The notes under the pieces were generated by a model, which saw only the letters and a program-made list of their open reading frames with translations, was not told where the DNA came from and made no database searches. Shown piece by piece: positions 56,274 to 64,000 of a DNA stretch of 64,000 nucleotides. The DNA lies in assembly GCA_049976505.1 (NCBI GenBank), contig JBMFIC010000004.1, positions 27,512 to 91,511 on the forward strand, in the 5' to 3' direction. The position numbers were made by a program, and so were the translations under genes. Source of the stretch: Nitrososphaeria archaeon. Lineage in GTDB: Archaea > Thermoproteota > Nitrososphaeria > Conexivisphaerales > UBA164. Each line of letters begins with the position of its first letter. Positions within the stretch are counted from its first letter, which is position 1.

Positions 56274-57224
56274 TCAGCGCAGGAGGTTGACTACGTAAGC
56301 ACCGCTGTAGTTTCCAAAAAGGCTCGCATCTGCTCCCCCGTGAACCCTTCTTCTGACGGCGACAAAGGGGCCGTCCTCCCAGTTGTTAATGAGCGATCCC
56401 CTTAATTGAGCTGCCCTCCTCTCGGACTCTGATCTCAGCCATCCTTCATCAGAAACGGGCGCTCTCCTGTCGGGTGGACCGAAGATGATCTCGTAGGCAC
56501 GAACCAGCCTCATCAGCTCCTCCCTGTTGTTTGAGTAAACTATCGATACTTCACTGGCTGTTCCTGCCAGACAGGCTGGCGAGTACATGAAAATTGCTTC
56601 TCCCCTGGGCGATTTGTCCGAGGAATAGGTCACGTCCACCAGCGATGAGGGCCCTGGCGGGCTGAGCGTCCTGAGAAGAACACCGAACCTGTTTGGGCTC
56701 TGGGCAAAAGCTGGAAGCCTTCCATCGTAGCCCTCCTGGGAAAGCCTGTAGGGCCTCATTAGCAGGCTCCAGGCTATCATGTCCCAGGATCTCCCTATTG
56801 GCTCAATCAGCGCTATGGCCCTGCTCCTCAGAGAGTGAAGCCATGCGATGAACACCTGCTTTCTGCTCCCCAGGACAAATGCATGATCAACGCCGAGACG
56901 ATCCCTGATGCGCTCAACCTCCATAAGCTTCACGGACGTTCTGCATCTGATTCTCTCTATACTGAAGTCCCCGCCCCTCAGCTCAAGCCCCTGTGCCCTG
57001 AGAGAGTCCAGAAGCAGCAGGTTTATGAGCGCGTGTTCCTCCCTGGAAGGCCTCAGCACGCTGAGCATCTCGAGCTCCCTCTCGTAGTCCTCCAGCCCCA
57101 GGCCTGAGCTCCTCTTTATGTTTGCTATCCTTTTCGATACATCCCTTCTCTCCCTCATTATCTGGACTGCCTTCCTCAGGAGATCCAGCGCCCTTTCCCT
57201 TTCCCTCTGGAGCTCATCGCTCAT
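56274..57224 (-). CDS. Chorismate mutase (AroQ) fused to a degenerate PLP-aminotransferase-like domain
   Basis: N-terminal ERRDVSKRIANIK...DYERE fits AroQ. The remainder shows eroded class I/II aminotransferase motifs without the PLP lysine. Confidence 0.6.
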   Translation of the reverse strand: MSDELQRERERALDLLRKAVQIMRERRDVSKRIANIKRSSGLGLEDYERELEMLSVLRPSREEHALINLLLLDSLRAQGLELRGGDFSIERIRCRTSVKLMEVERIRDRLGVDHAFVLGSRKQVFIAWLHSLRSRAIALIEPIGRSWDMIAWSLLMRPYRLSQEGYDGRLPAFAQSPNRFGVLLRTLSPPGPSSLVDVTYSSDKSPRGEAIFMYSPACLAGTASEVSIVYSNNREELMRLVRAYEIIFGPPDRRAPVSDEGWLRSESERRAAQLRGSLINNWEDGPFVAVRRRVHGGADASLFGNYSGAYVVNLLR

Positions 57225-58302
57225 TTATGAAGCCCCCTCTCAGAGCCATGTCGGCAAGAACGAAGTACGTTAGGGCCTCAGCTATCGGGACTGCCCTCGG
57301 AACTACGCATGCATCGTGCATCCCCCTGAGCTGTAGGGTTCCCTCGCGCATCTCCTTCACGTTAACGGTCCTCTGGGGTCTGTATATTGAGGAAACCGGC
57401 TTGAACGCTATAGTGGCGATCAGCGGCATCCCGTTCGTCATTCCGCCGAGCACTCCGCCGGCGTTGTTAGTAAGGGTCTCTATCCTGCCCTCCCTTATCA
57501 CGTACTGGTCGTTGTTCTCCGAGCCCCTCACTCTGGAGGCCCTGAAGCCGAGCCCGAACTCAACGCCCTTAACCGCGGGGATTGAGAAGTAGGCCTTTGA
57601 GAGCTCCGAGTCAATAGACGAGAAGACCGGCTGACCGAGTCCGACCGGAAGCCTTCCTGTGATGATCCTGACGGTCCCGCCTAGGCTGTCGCCCTCCTTC
57701 CTCGCCCTCTCTATTTCATCCCTCATCATTGAATCGTGCTGTGGGGAAGGGCACCTTGTCTCGAACTCATATCTCCTCCTTGCGCTATCAAGATCGAGAT
57801 CTGGACACTCCACTGTTCCTATGCTCTTCGTGTAGCCCACGACCTCCACGTTAAGGGGCCTCAGGATCTCCTCGGCTACAGCTCCCGCTATAACGAAGCC
57901 CACGGTGATCCTCGCGGAGAATCTTCCGCCTCCGCGCGGATCGTTGAAGCCCCTGTACTTAACGTACGCAGGGTAGTCGGCGTGGCCCGGCCTCACCCAT
58001 CCCTCCTCAGCAAACTGATAGAACTCATCAGCCGCCCCCCTGTTCCTGACTATGGCAACCAGCGGAGCGCCAGTGGCCCTCCCCCTGTAGACCCCGGATA
58101 TTATCTCCACCTTATCCTCCTCCTTCCTCTTAGTTGAGGCAACAGATGCGCTGGGCCTCCTCCTCTCAAGCCACTGGTTTATCCTGCTTTCATCTATAGG
58201 AGTGCCTGGAGGTATGCCCTCTATCAGCACGCCAACTGCGGGGCCATGGCTCTCCCCGAAGCTAACCATCACCAGAGACCTTCCAAGCGCGTTATCGCTC
58301 AA
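57214..58302 (-). CDS. aroC: Chorismate synthase
   Basis: GESHG, RPGHAD, GGGRFSAR, IPAVKGVE and FKPVSSI. Confidence 0.97.
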   Translation of the reverse strand: MSDNALGRSLVMVSFGESHGPAVGVLIEGIPPGTPIDESRINQWLERRRPSASVASTKRKEEDKVEIISGVYRGRATGAPLVAIVRNRGAADEFYQFAEEGWVRPGHADYPAYVKYRGFNDPRGGGRFSARITVGFVIAGAVAEEILRPLNVEVVGYTKSIGTVECPDLDLDSARRRYEFETRCPSPQHDSMMRDEIERARKEGDSLGGTVRIITGRLPVGLGQPVFSSIDSELSKAYFSIPAVKGVEFGLGFRASRVRGSENNDQYVIREGRIETLTNNAGGVLGGMTNGMPLIATIAFKPVSSIYRPQRTVNVKEMREGTLQLRGMHDACVVPRAVPIAEALTYFVLADMALRGGFINER

Positions 58303-59566
58303 CGACCCTCACCTCTGCCCCGTTTCTGACGAGGTCGGTAAAAAACGTTGGGTAGGACTTCTTCACGGCCTCATAGCCGGATATCTCGCACTCGACGCCG
58401 AGAGATGCGCAGAGGGCAGAAAGCGCCATAACGACCCTGTGGTCGTTCCAGCCGCTGAGCTTTGCCCTTTTCTCCAGCCTGGACGGCGGCATAACCTCAA
58501 AGCTCCCGCCCTCATACCTAGTCCTGCAGCCGAGCTTTGCAAGCTCCGCGCTCATGGCCGCTATCCTGTCGCTCTCCTTCAGCCTCACGTGCTCAATCCC
58601 GCTTATGAGAACTGGGATCCTGCAGCCCAAAGCCGATACTGGGGGAAAGAGATCGGGGGAGTTTCTCAGGTTAACGCTCAGCGATTTAGCCGAGATCGTT
58701 CCGGAGACGCTCATACCGGAGCCATCAAACACGGCCCTCACGCCAAGCCCTTCCAGCATTCTGAGAATCTCCTCAAGATCGGCCTGCAGGGGCTCCCTCC
58801 TCAACCCGTGAACGTGAACGTCCCTACCGCTAAGCAGGCCCATGATCACGAAGAACGAGGCCGACGAGGCATCAGCCGGAACCTCGAATGATGCGGGCCT
58901 GTACGATGATGGTTCAACAACAAACTCGTCACCGCCCTCTTGGACTTCAACCCCAAAGGCCCTCATGACGTAAACGGTCATCCTGACGTAGTGCTCCGAG
59001 ACCCTGTTTTTCCAGGTTATTGTCGTTGTGGACCTGTTGTATGGTGATACAAGCAGGAGGGAGCTGACGTACTGCGAGGACTCCGCCTCCTCTATCCTGG
59101 TCCTTCCACCCTTCATCCTTTCGCCCTTAACTATTACAGGGGGAAGATTTCCCCTGGCCGCCAGAGCCCATCCTCCGAGATCGTTTATGGCCCTTACGAG
59201 GGGTCCAACAGGCCTCCTGAGCAGCCCAGCGCTGCCAGATATAACAGTGTATCCGTCCTCAGCAATGGTGGCGTATGAGGTAAGGAGCCTCAGGCTCGTG
59301 CCTGAGCCCCTCACGTCTATCACTCCGTCCGGCACCTTCGGCTCTGAGCCCTTAACGTGTCCCCGCGACACTTCAATGCCCATCCTCCTGAGGGCCCTTA
59401 TCATGACGAGCACGTCCTCTGGCAGGGGCTCCCAGTACCTCACCGTGCTGTCCCCTCGGGCCAGCGACGCGGCTATCAGGGCCCTCTGTGCGTAGCTCTT
59501 GCTCACAGGAGGCGATGCCACCAGCCTGTCGGCAAGCCGGGACCTAAGGATGATGAACGACCTCAG
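58292..59566 (-). CDS. aroA: EPSP synthase, probable CTG start at 59566
   Basis: SKSYAQR, GSGTSLR, SSQYVS, DASSA, KESDR and DHR motifs. The frame is open upstream of the GTG to a CTG overlapping the aroK stop. Confidence 0.9.
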   Translation of the reverse strand: MRSFIILRSRLADRLVASPPVSKSYAQRALIAASLARGDSTVRYWEPLPEDVLVMIRALRRMGIEVSRGHVKGSEPKVPDGVIDVRGSGTSLRLLTSYATIAEDGYTVISGSAGLLRRPVGPLVRAINDLGGWALAARGNLPPVIVKGERMKGGRTRIEEAESSQYVSSLLLVSPYNRSTTTITWKNRVSEHYVRMTVYVMRAFGVEVQEGGDEFVVEPSSYRPASFEVPADASSASFFVIMGLLSGRDVHVHGLRREPLQADLEEILRMLEGLGVRAVFDGSGMSVSGTISAKSLSVNLRNSPDLFPPVSALGCRIPVLISGIEHVRLKESDRIAAMSAELAKLGCRTRYEGGSFEVMPPSRLEKRAKLSGWNDHRVVMALSALCASLGVECEISGYEAVKKSYPTFFTDLVRNGAEVRVVER

Positions 59567-60345
59567 AGAACGGTCACCTCGTAGGGCTGGTTTGCGGGAG
59601 ATGTGGTGAGGTTCTTCATGCCCTCGAACGTCCTTGCCCCATCCTCGTAGATGACGAAGTAGGCCGGGCCGTTCCCGGATATTCCCGATATGAGCCCCTC
59701 CTCGGAGAACCTTAGAAACGGATCCGCGCTGTAGCCGTTTGCCGCTGCCACTATTAGCGAGTTGGTGAGGCTGGCAAGCATCAGCCTCCCGCTCTCGAAC
59801 ATGGACTTTGCCAGAAGCCCCAGTTCCCTGAACGCCTCAAGCTTTTCCCTTTCGACCCTCTTTCTCGAGCCCTCGTAGTACCCAATGGTCACCTTCCAGC
59901 TCTCGGGGGCAGAGATCCTGCTGATCAGCCTTCCATTTGAGTTGTCGGTGAGCACTATTCCTCCGAGAACTGAGGCATAAGCGTCGTCGTAGGCCCCAGT
60001 GTACGACAGACCGAGGGCCCTGCTAACCTTGGCTGAGATCCTGACGGCCCTGAATGGGTCCTCCTCCCCCTTAAGCCTGAGCGCGGCAAGGGCGATTGCC
60101 GACGTGTAGGCGCTTGAGCTCTTTAGGCCCACTCCGACAGGAACCTCGGATCTGACCTTAACCGAGTACCTGCCCTCAAGGCCAACATCCCTTATGATCT
60201 CCTTAGCCACTTCGTCGCAGTCCCAGTCTTTCGAGCGCTCCAGCTCCACCGTCAGGGGCAGCCTGACTGCCATGGCAGAGCCATAGCCGCTTATGAGGGC
60301 GTTCAGGAAGCCTATTCCTCCCCAGACCCTAGCTCTGACCCTCAT
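59563..60345 (-). CDS. aroK: Archaeal (GHMP) shikimate kinase
   Basis: LNALISG, PVGVGLKSSSA, TGAYDDA and SGNGPA. Confidence 0.9.
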   Translation of the reverse strand: MRVRARVWGGIGFLNALISGYGSAMAVRLPLTVELERSKDWDCDEVAKEIIRDVGLEGRYSVKVRSEVPVGVGLKSSSAYTSAIALAALRLKGEEDPFRAVRISAKVSRALGLSYTGAYDDAYASVLGGIVLTDNSNGRLISRISAPESWKVTIGYYEGSRKRVEREKLEAFRELGLLAKSMFESGRLMLASLTNSLIVAAANGYSADPFLRFSEEGLISGISGNGPAYFVIYEDGARTFEGMKNLTTSPANQPYEVTVL

Positions 60346-61105
60346 AAAGCGCCGACCTCATTCTCTCCCTCTCAACTTTAAACCCCTTCCATATCTCTAT
60401 TGAAAGGGCAGCCTGCTCTATCAGGACGTCTATGCCAGATATGTAGCTGCTTCCAGCTATCCTTGATAGGCTCGTTCCCTCAAGCCTGTACGCCAGGTCC
60501 AGGACGGTCCTGAACCTTGCTCCTCTGTAGAACCTTATGAGCTCGGCGTCGTCCTCGTACATGCCCAGAGGAGTCGCGTTTATGAAGACGTCGGCGTCCT
60601 CGGGGGCTGTAACCACCCTTGAGCGCGCCCCCCATCGCTCTATCTGGTTACTGAGGGAGATGGCCCTGCTCTGGGTCCTGTTGTAGATCAGGATCTCGCT
60701 GCACCCAAGCTTTACCATTGCGTATGCTGAGGCCCTAGCCGCCCCGCCGGCCCCGAAGATCAGGGCCCTGTCGCATCTGAGGCCCTTCATTAGGTTCACT
60801 ATCGCCAGGTAGTCCGTGTTGTACCCAACTCCTTTTCCACCCTCCGTCCTGACAACGTTGACGGCTCCTATACTTCTCGCATCCTCAGATATCCTGCTAA
60901 GATGAAGCATGACGACCACCTTGTAGGGTATCGTTACGTTGAAGCCATCGACCAGCGCCAGAAGCCCATCTACTGCCCTGTGAAACCTTTCAGGAGGGAC
61001 CTCAAAAGGCACGTAAAGATCCCCAAAATCCCTCAGTACCGCGCTGTTTATTCTGTATGAAAGGGAGTGCCTGAGGGGGAAGCCGACTACGCCAAAGAGG
61101 GCCAA
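60329..61105 (-). CDS. aroE: Shikimate dehydrogenase
   Basis: HSLS, GFNVTIPYK, GAVN, GYNTD, GAGGAA and NATPLG. Confidence 0.93.
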   Translation of the reverse strand: MALFGVVGFPLRHSLSYRINSAVLRDFGDLYVPFEVPPERFHRAVDGLLALVDGFNVTIPYKVVVMLHLSRISEDARSIGAVNVVRTEGGKGVGYNTDYLAIVNLMKGLRCDRALIFGAGGAARASAYAMVKLGCSEILIYNRTQSRAISLSNQIERWGARSRVVTAPEDADVFINATPLGMYEDDAELIRFYRGARFRTVLDLAYRLEGTSLSRIAGSSYISGIDVLIEQAALSIEIWKGFKVERERMRSALYEGQS

Positions 61106-61767
61106 TTCTTCAGAAACTCGGCGAACTCATACGCTTCGCTTTCCTCGGGCATCCCCTCCACTACCCTTTCGTTCTTCAGATGGGAGTACATCAGGGGGGC
61201 GCCGAGGACCACGGAGAGGTACCTCGTGAAGCTCCATTTGTCGCCCACGGAGAAGGCTATGAGCTTGCCCTTCTCAACGCTCGAGTAGAGCGAGAGGACC
61301 ATGAGAGCCTCGGACATGGTGCTGGGGCTGTTGACCACCTTTAGGTACTTTGCCTTGTCCCTGTTCTCTGAAATGAACGACGTAAGGTCCTGGGGCGTTG
61401 CCTTGGTGAATATAAAGTGCGATGATATTATCAGGTTGAGACCGCTCACGTCGGCGGTCCCTGATATCTTCTTCAGGGTCTCCGCCTCGATGTCGAAGAG
61501 GTACGGCTTCATGTCCTTCATAAGCTCCACGAGCTGGATCACGTTTGTGAGCCTGTAGTCCTTGCTCATTCCCCCCTCCGATGGGCTCCTGTAGGTGATT
61601 ATGCACCTGTCCATTAGCGATCCGAAGTAAGATGGAACGTCCTTTGGGTTAAGGCTCTTAACCGAGTCGAGCCTCAGCTCCAGGATGCTCCTCTCGTCGG
61701 TCCTGCTGACCTTCTTGTACATTTCCTCCAGTGTGTTGCCCATTAAGGATACAACGACCCTTACCAT
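61087..61767 (-). CDS. aroD: Type I 3-dehydroquinate dehydratase
   Basis: ELRLD, TYRSPSEGG, IISSH, YLKVV, and IAFSVG...SFTR. Confidence 0.85.
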   Translation of the reverse strand: MVRVVVSLMGNTLEEMYKKVSRTDERSILELRLDSVKSLNPKDVPSYFGSLMDRCIITYRSPSEGGMSKDYRLTNVIQLVELMKDMKPYLFDIEAETLKKISGTADVSGLNLIISSHFIFTKATPQDLTSFISENRDKAKYLKVVNSPSTMSEALMVLSLYSSVEKGKLIAFSVGDKWSFTRYLSVVLGAPLMYSHLKNERVVEGMPEESEAYEFAEFLKNWPSLA

Positions 61768-61773
61768 TTTACA

Positions 61774-62724
61774 TCAGCTCTCCCTTATCTCCTCTTCAAC
61801 TCTGAGGCCAAAGTGCCTGCCAGATGGCCTCGTCACCATGGCTAATACATTATCTCCCCCCTTTATTTCCGTTACTGCAAGCGGCTTCCCCTCGGGGGTT
61901 ACGAGAGCAACTGTCTCGGCGTACTGCAGAACAACGGTCCCTATGAGGCCCTCGTGCTCAGCAACGATCAGGACCATGGGCCTCCTCTCGAGCTTGTTCC
62001 TCCCCACGAACGTCACCCTAGCGCTGCCCCTGTAGTCGGACACGAGAACCCTGTCGCCTGACCTTATCTCTGAAAGGTACTTCGTCCTGTCCCCGTCAAC
62101 CAGGATGTAGCTGTGAACGGCCCCCGCGTTGACCCTGAACGGTCTTGGCGAAGTGAACGGAGAGCCAAACACCTCGGCATGCACCAGGAAGAGGAAGTTT
62201 GAAAACGATCCCACCAGCATGCCCTCGCCGGAGCCCAGCATCTCTATGGTGTCGACGCAGACCCTTGAGCCCTCACCGACAAGCCTCACCTCCTTGACCT
62301 TCACGGGCATGAGCTCCACCCTCCTGTGCCCCAGCCCAAGAGCATCAGCGTATGATGCGGCCTCGTCGACGCTCTTCGGGGATATTATTACGTAGTCGAC
62401 TCCCTTCTCGAGCACGCCCCTGAGGGCAACCGCGTCGCTTGGGTTCAGCGCCTCCACGTATATTTCGCTCTGGCCCGATAGCTCAGCTATGATGTTCTCA
62501 AGGGGGATTATCCTCCAGCTCTCGGTCTCCACTAGGATCCCCTTGGCCCTTGAGGCCACCTCCTTGAGGCTCTCCACGTCCTTCTGCGACTTCACCGTAA
62601 CGCGCTCAACCCCGAGCTCGCCAAGAGAGGAAATGAAGCTGTCCACGCCGTACTGAGAAAGAAGCGCCCTTATCTCCTCGGCCTTCTTCCTGTCCTCGGG
62701 AAGCTTAACTATTACTTTCTTCAT
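61774..62724 (-). CDS. aroB': 3-dehydroquinate synthase II
   Basis: IIPLENIIA, RVCVDT, RPFRVNAGAVHSY, GRNKLERRP and LQYAETV. Confidence 0.93.
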   Translation of the reverse strand: MKKVIVKLPEDRKKAEEIRALLSQYGVDSFISSLGELGVERVTVKSQKDVESLKEVASRAKGILVETESWRIIPLENIIAELSGQSEIYVEALNPSDAVALRGVLEKGVDYVIISPKSVDEAASYADALGLGHRRVELMPVKVKEVRLVGEGSRVCVDTIEMLGSGEGMLVGSFSNFLFLVHAEVFGSPFTSPRPFRVNAGAVHSYILVDGDRTKYLSEIRSGDRVLVSDYRGSARVTFVGRNKLERRPMVLIVAEHEGLIGTVVLQYAETVALVTPEGKPLAVTEIKGGDNVLAMVTRPSGRHFGLRVEEEIRES

Positions 62725-63502
62725 CGTAAATCCTTACCGCTTCATCAACTTCCGCTTTTTCAAATATAATCTTTCTCAGGGCCCTCACAACCGCCTCGGG
62801 CTTCCTGTCCTGAAAGACGTTCCTGCCGAACGTTACCCCTATCGCCCCAGCCTCAAGCGCGTCCCTTGCCATCTGAAGCACGTCCCTGACGTTCTCGAGC
62901 TTTGGCCCACCAGCTATCGCAACGGGAACGAGGGAGCCCCTGACGACCTCCCTGAACGTATCCACGCTTCCTGTGTAAGGAGCTTTAACTATGTCGGCCC
63001 CCAGCTCCCCGCCAAGCCTGACGGCCCTCTTTATTAGCTCGGGGTCGTACTGGTTCTTCACGTTCTCCCCTCTGACGTACATCATCGCGATGAGAGGCAT
63101 CCCCCATCTGTCAGCCTCGTCAGCAACTCTTCCTAGTTTCATTAACATGTCGTTTTCCATGTTGGCTCCCACGTTAATGTGAAGCGATATGGCATCGGCT
63201 CCAAGAAGAACGGCCTCCTCAACGCTTGAGACCAGAACCTTGTGGTACGGGGTCTGGCCGTAGCTGGTGCTCGCCGAGGCGTGCATTATGATCCCGAGCC
63301 TTGGCTCGTACTTCAGCGCCTTTATTGAGCCCTTGTGTAGTATTACAGAGGTTGCGCCTCCCTCGTCCACCTTCCTGACGATCGCGTTTATGTCCTCCAG
63401 ACCCCTGATCGGACCATCGCTCACCCCATGGTCCATGGGGACGCACAGTATTTTTCCGCTCTCCATTATCCTAGATAGCCTTCTTGCCTTACCTGTAGTC
63501 AT
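62705..63502 (-). CDS. aroA': 2-amino-3,7-dideoxy-D-threo-hept-6-ulosonate synthase (class I aldolase)
   Basis: VPMDHGVSDGP, GADAISLHINVG, AMMYVRG, ELGADIVK and GRNVFQ; lies directly before DHQ synthase II. Confidence 0.9.
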   Translation of the reverse strand: MTTGKARRLSRIMESGKILCVPMDHGVSDGPIRGLEDINAIVRKVDEGGATSVILHKGSIKALKYEPRLGIIMHASASTSYGQTPYHKVLVSSVEEAVLLGADAISLHINVGANMENDMLMKLGRVADEADRWGMPLIAMMYVRGENVKNQYDPELIKRAVRLGGELGADIVKAPYTGSVDTFREVVRGSLVPVAIAGGPKLENVRDVLQMARDALEAGAIGVTFGRNVFQDRKPEAVVRALRKIIFEKAEVDEAVRIYDEESNS

Positions 63503-64000
63503 ACAGCCAGCCCTCCTTCAGGAAGAGCTCGGCGGTCAGGATCGTGTTTCCTGCGGCTCCCCTTATCGTGTTGTGCGACAGCAGAGTGTACCTGAGGGAG
63601 TGATCGTCAAGCCCCTTCCTAATTCTTCCCACAACTACGCTCATACCAGGTACCGATCCCGCGTACCTGTCAAGCCTCGTCTGTGGCCTGTCGGGCTCCT
63701 CCCTGACTATGATCGGCTGCTCAGGGGCCGTGGGAAGCTTCAGCTCCTGCGGAAGTCCCCTGAAGTTCCTTAGCACCTCCGCCGCATCCTCCGGGGTTAT
63801 CCTCTTCTCGGTCTCTATGTAGACGCTCTCCATGTGTCCATCTATCGTGGGCACCCTGTGGCACATGGCAGCCACATCTATGTTGGCGAACTCCACGCGG
63901 TTTCCGACGACCTTACCAAGTATCTTCTGGGTTTCAATGAAGACCTTCTCCTCCTCGTCCTTTATGTAGGGTATCACGTTGTCCAATATGCTCATGCTGG
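63489..64000 (-). CDS. asd: Aspartate-semialdehyde dehydrogenase (5'-partial)
   Basis: SILDNVIPYI, CHRVPTIDGH, DRPQTRLDR and SHNTIRGAAG. Confidence 0.92.
   Translation of the reverse strand, partial: SMSILDNVIPYIKDEEEKVFIETQKILGKVVGNRVEFANIDVAAMCHRVPTIDGHMESVYIETEKRITPEDAAEVLRNFRGLPQELKLPTAPEQPIIVREEPDRPQTRLDRYAGSVPGMSVVVGRIRKGLDDHSLRYTLLSHNTIRGAAGNTILTAELFLKEGWLYDYR

Noticed and set aside
43934-63773. Many long antisense or alternate-frame ORFs over rgy, atp and aro genes (for example 51776-52630 and 58202-58891)
   Set aside because: Shadow ORFs expected from GC-rich biased codon usage; no protein motifs.

Overview
Window from a thermophilic archaeon, judged from reverse gyrase, an A-type ATP synthase operon, a DKFP-type shikimate operon, a single-OB SSB and BRE/TATA promoters. 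The lineage is probably TACK (inference). The GC-rich backbone at roughly 1-6 kb and 28.3-64 kb carries nucleobase transport and salvage genes, an AEP primase-like fusion protein, rgy, atpF-E-A-B-D-(H)-K and the asd-aroA'-aroB'-aroD-aroE-aroK-aroA-aroC-chorismate mutase operon. The stretch at about 6-28.2 kb is more AT-rich accessory DNA next to tRNA-Asp(GTC). It holds an integrase plus an ECF transporter island bounded by a degenerate att copy, a second decayed integrase, and two catabolic gene clusters of unknown substrate. The best unannotated signals are: (1) a wHTH/substrate-binding-fold regulator with twin palindromic operators around one shared bidirectional TATA core; (2) an identical 16-bp palindrome 40-41 bp upstream of two transcription units that include a metal-less M24 enzyme; (3) an orphan two-repeat CRISPR mini-array with a long promoter-like spacer; (4) an AEP fused to an unknown domain; and (5) three solo IS200/IS605-type ends, two of them abutting truncated genes. 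No searches were run, so family calls rest on motifs read by eye.
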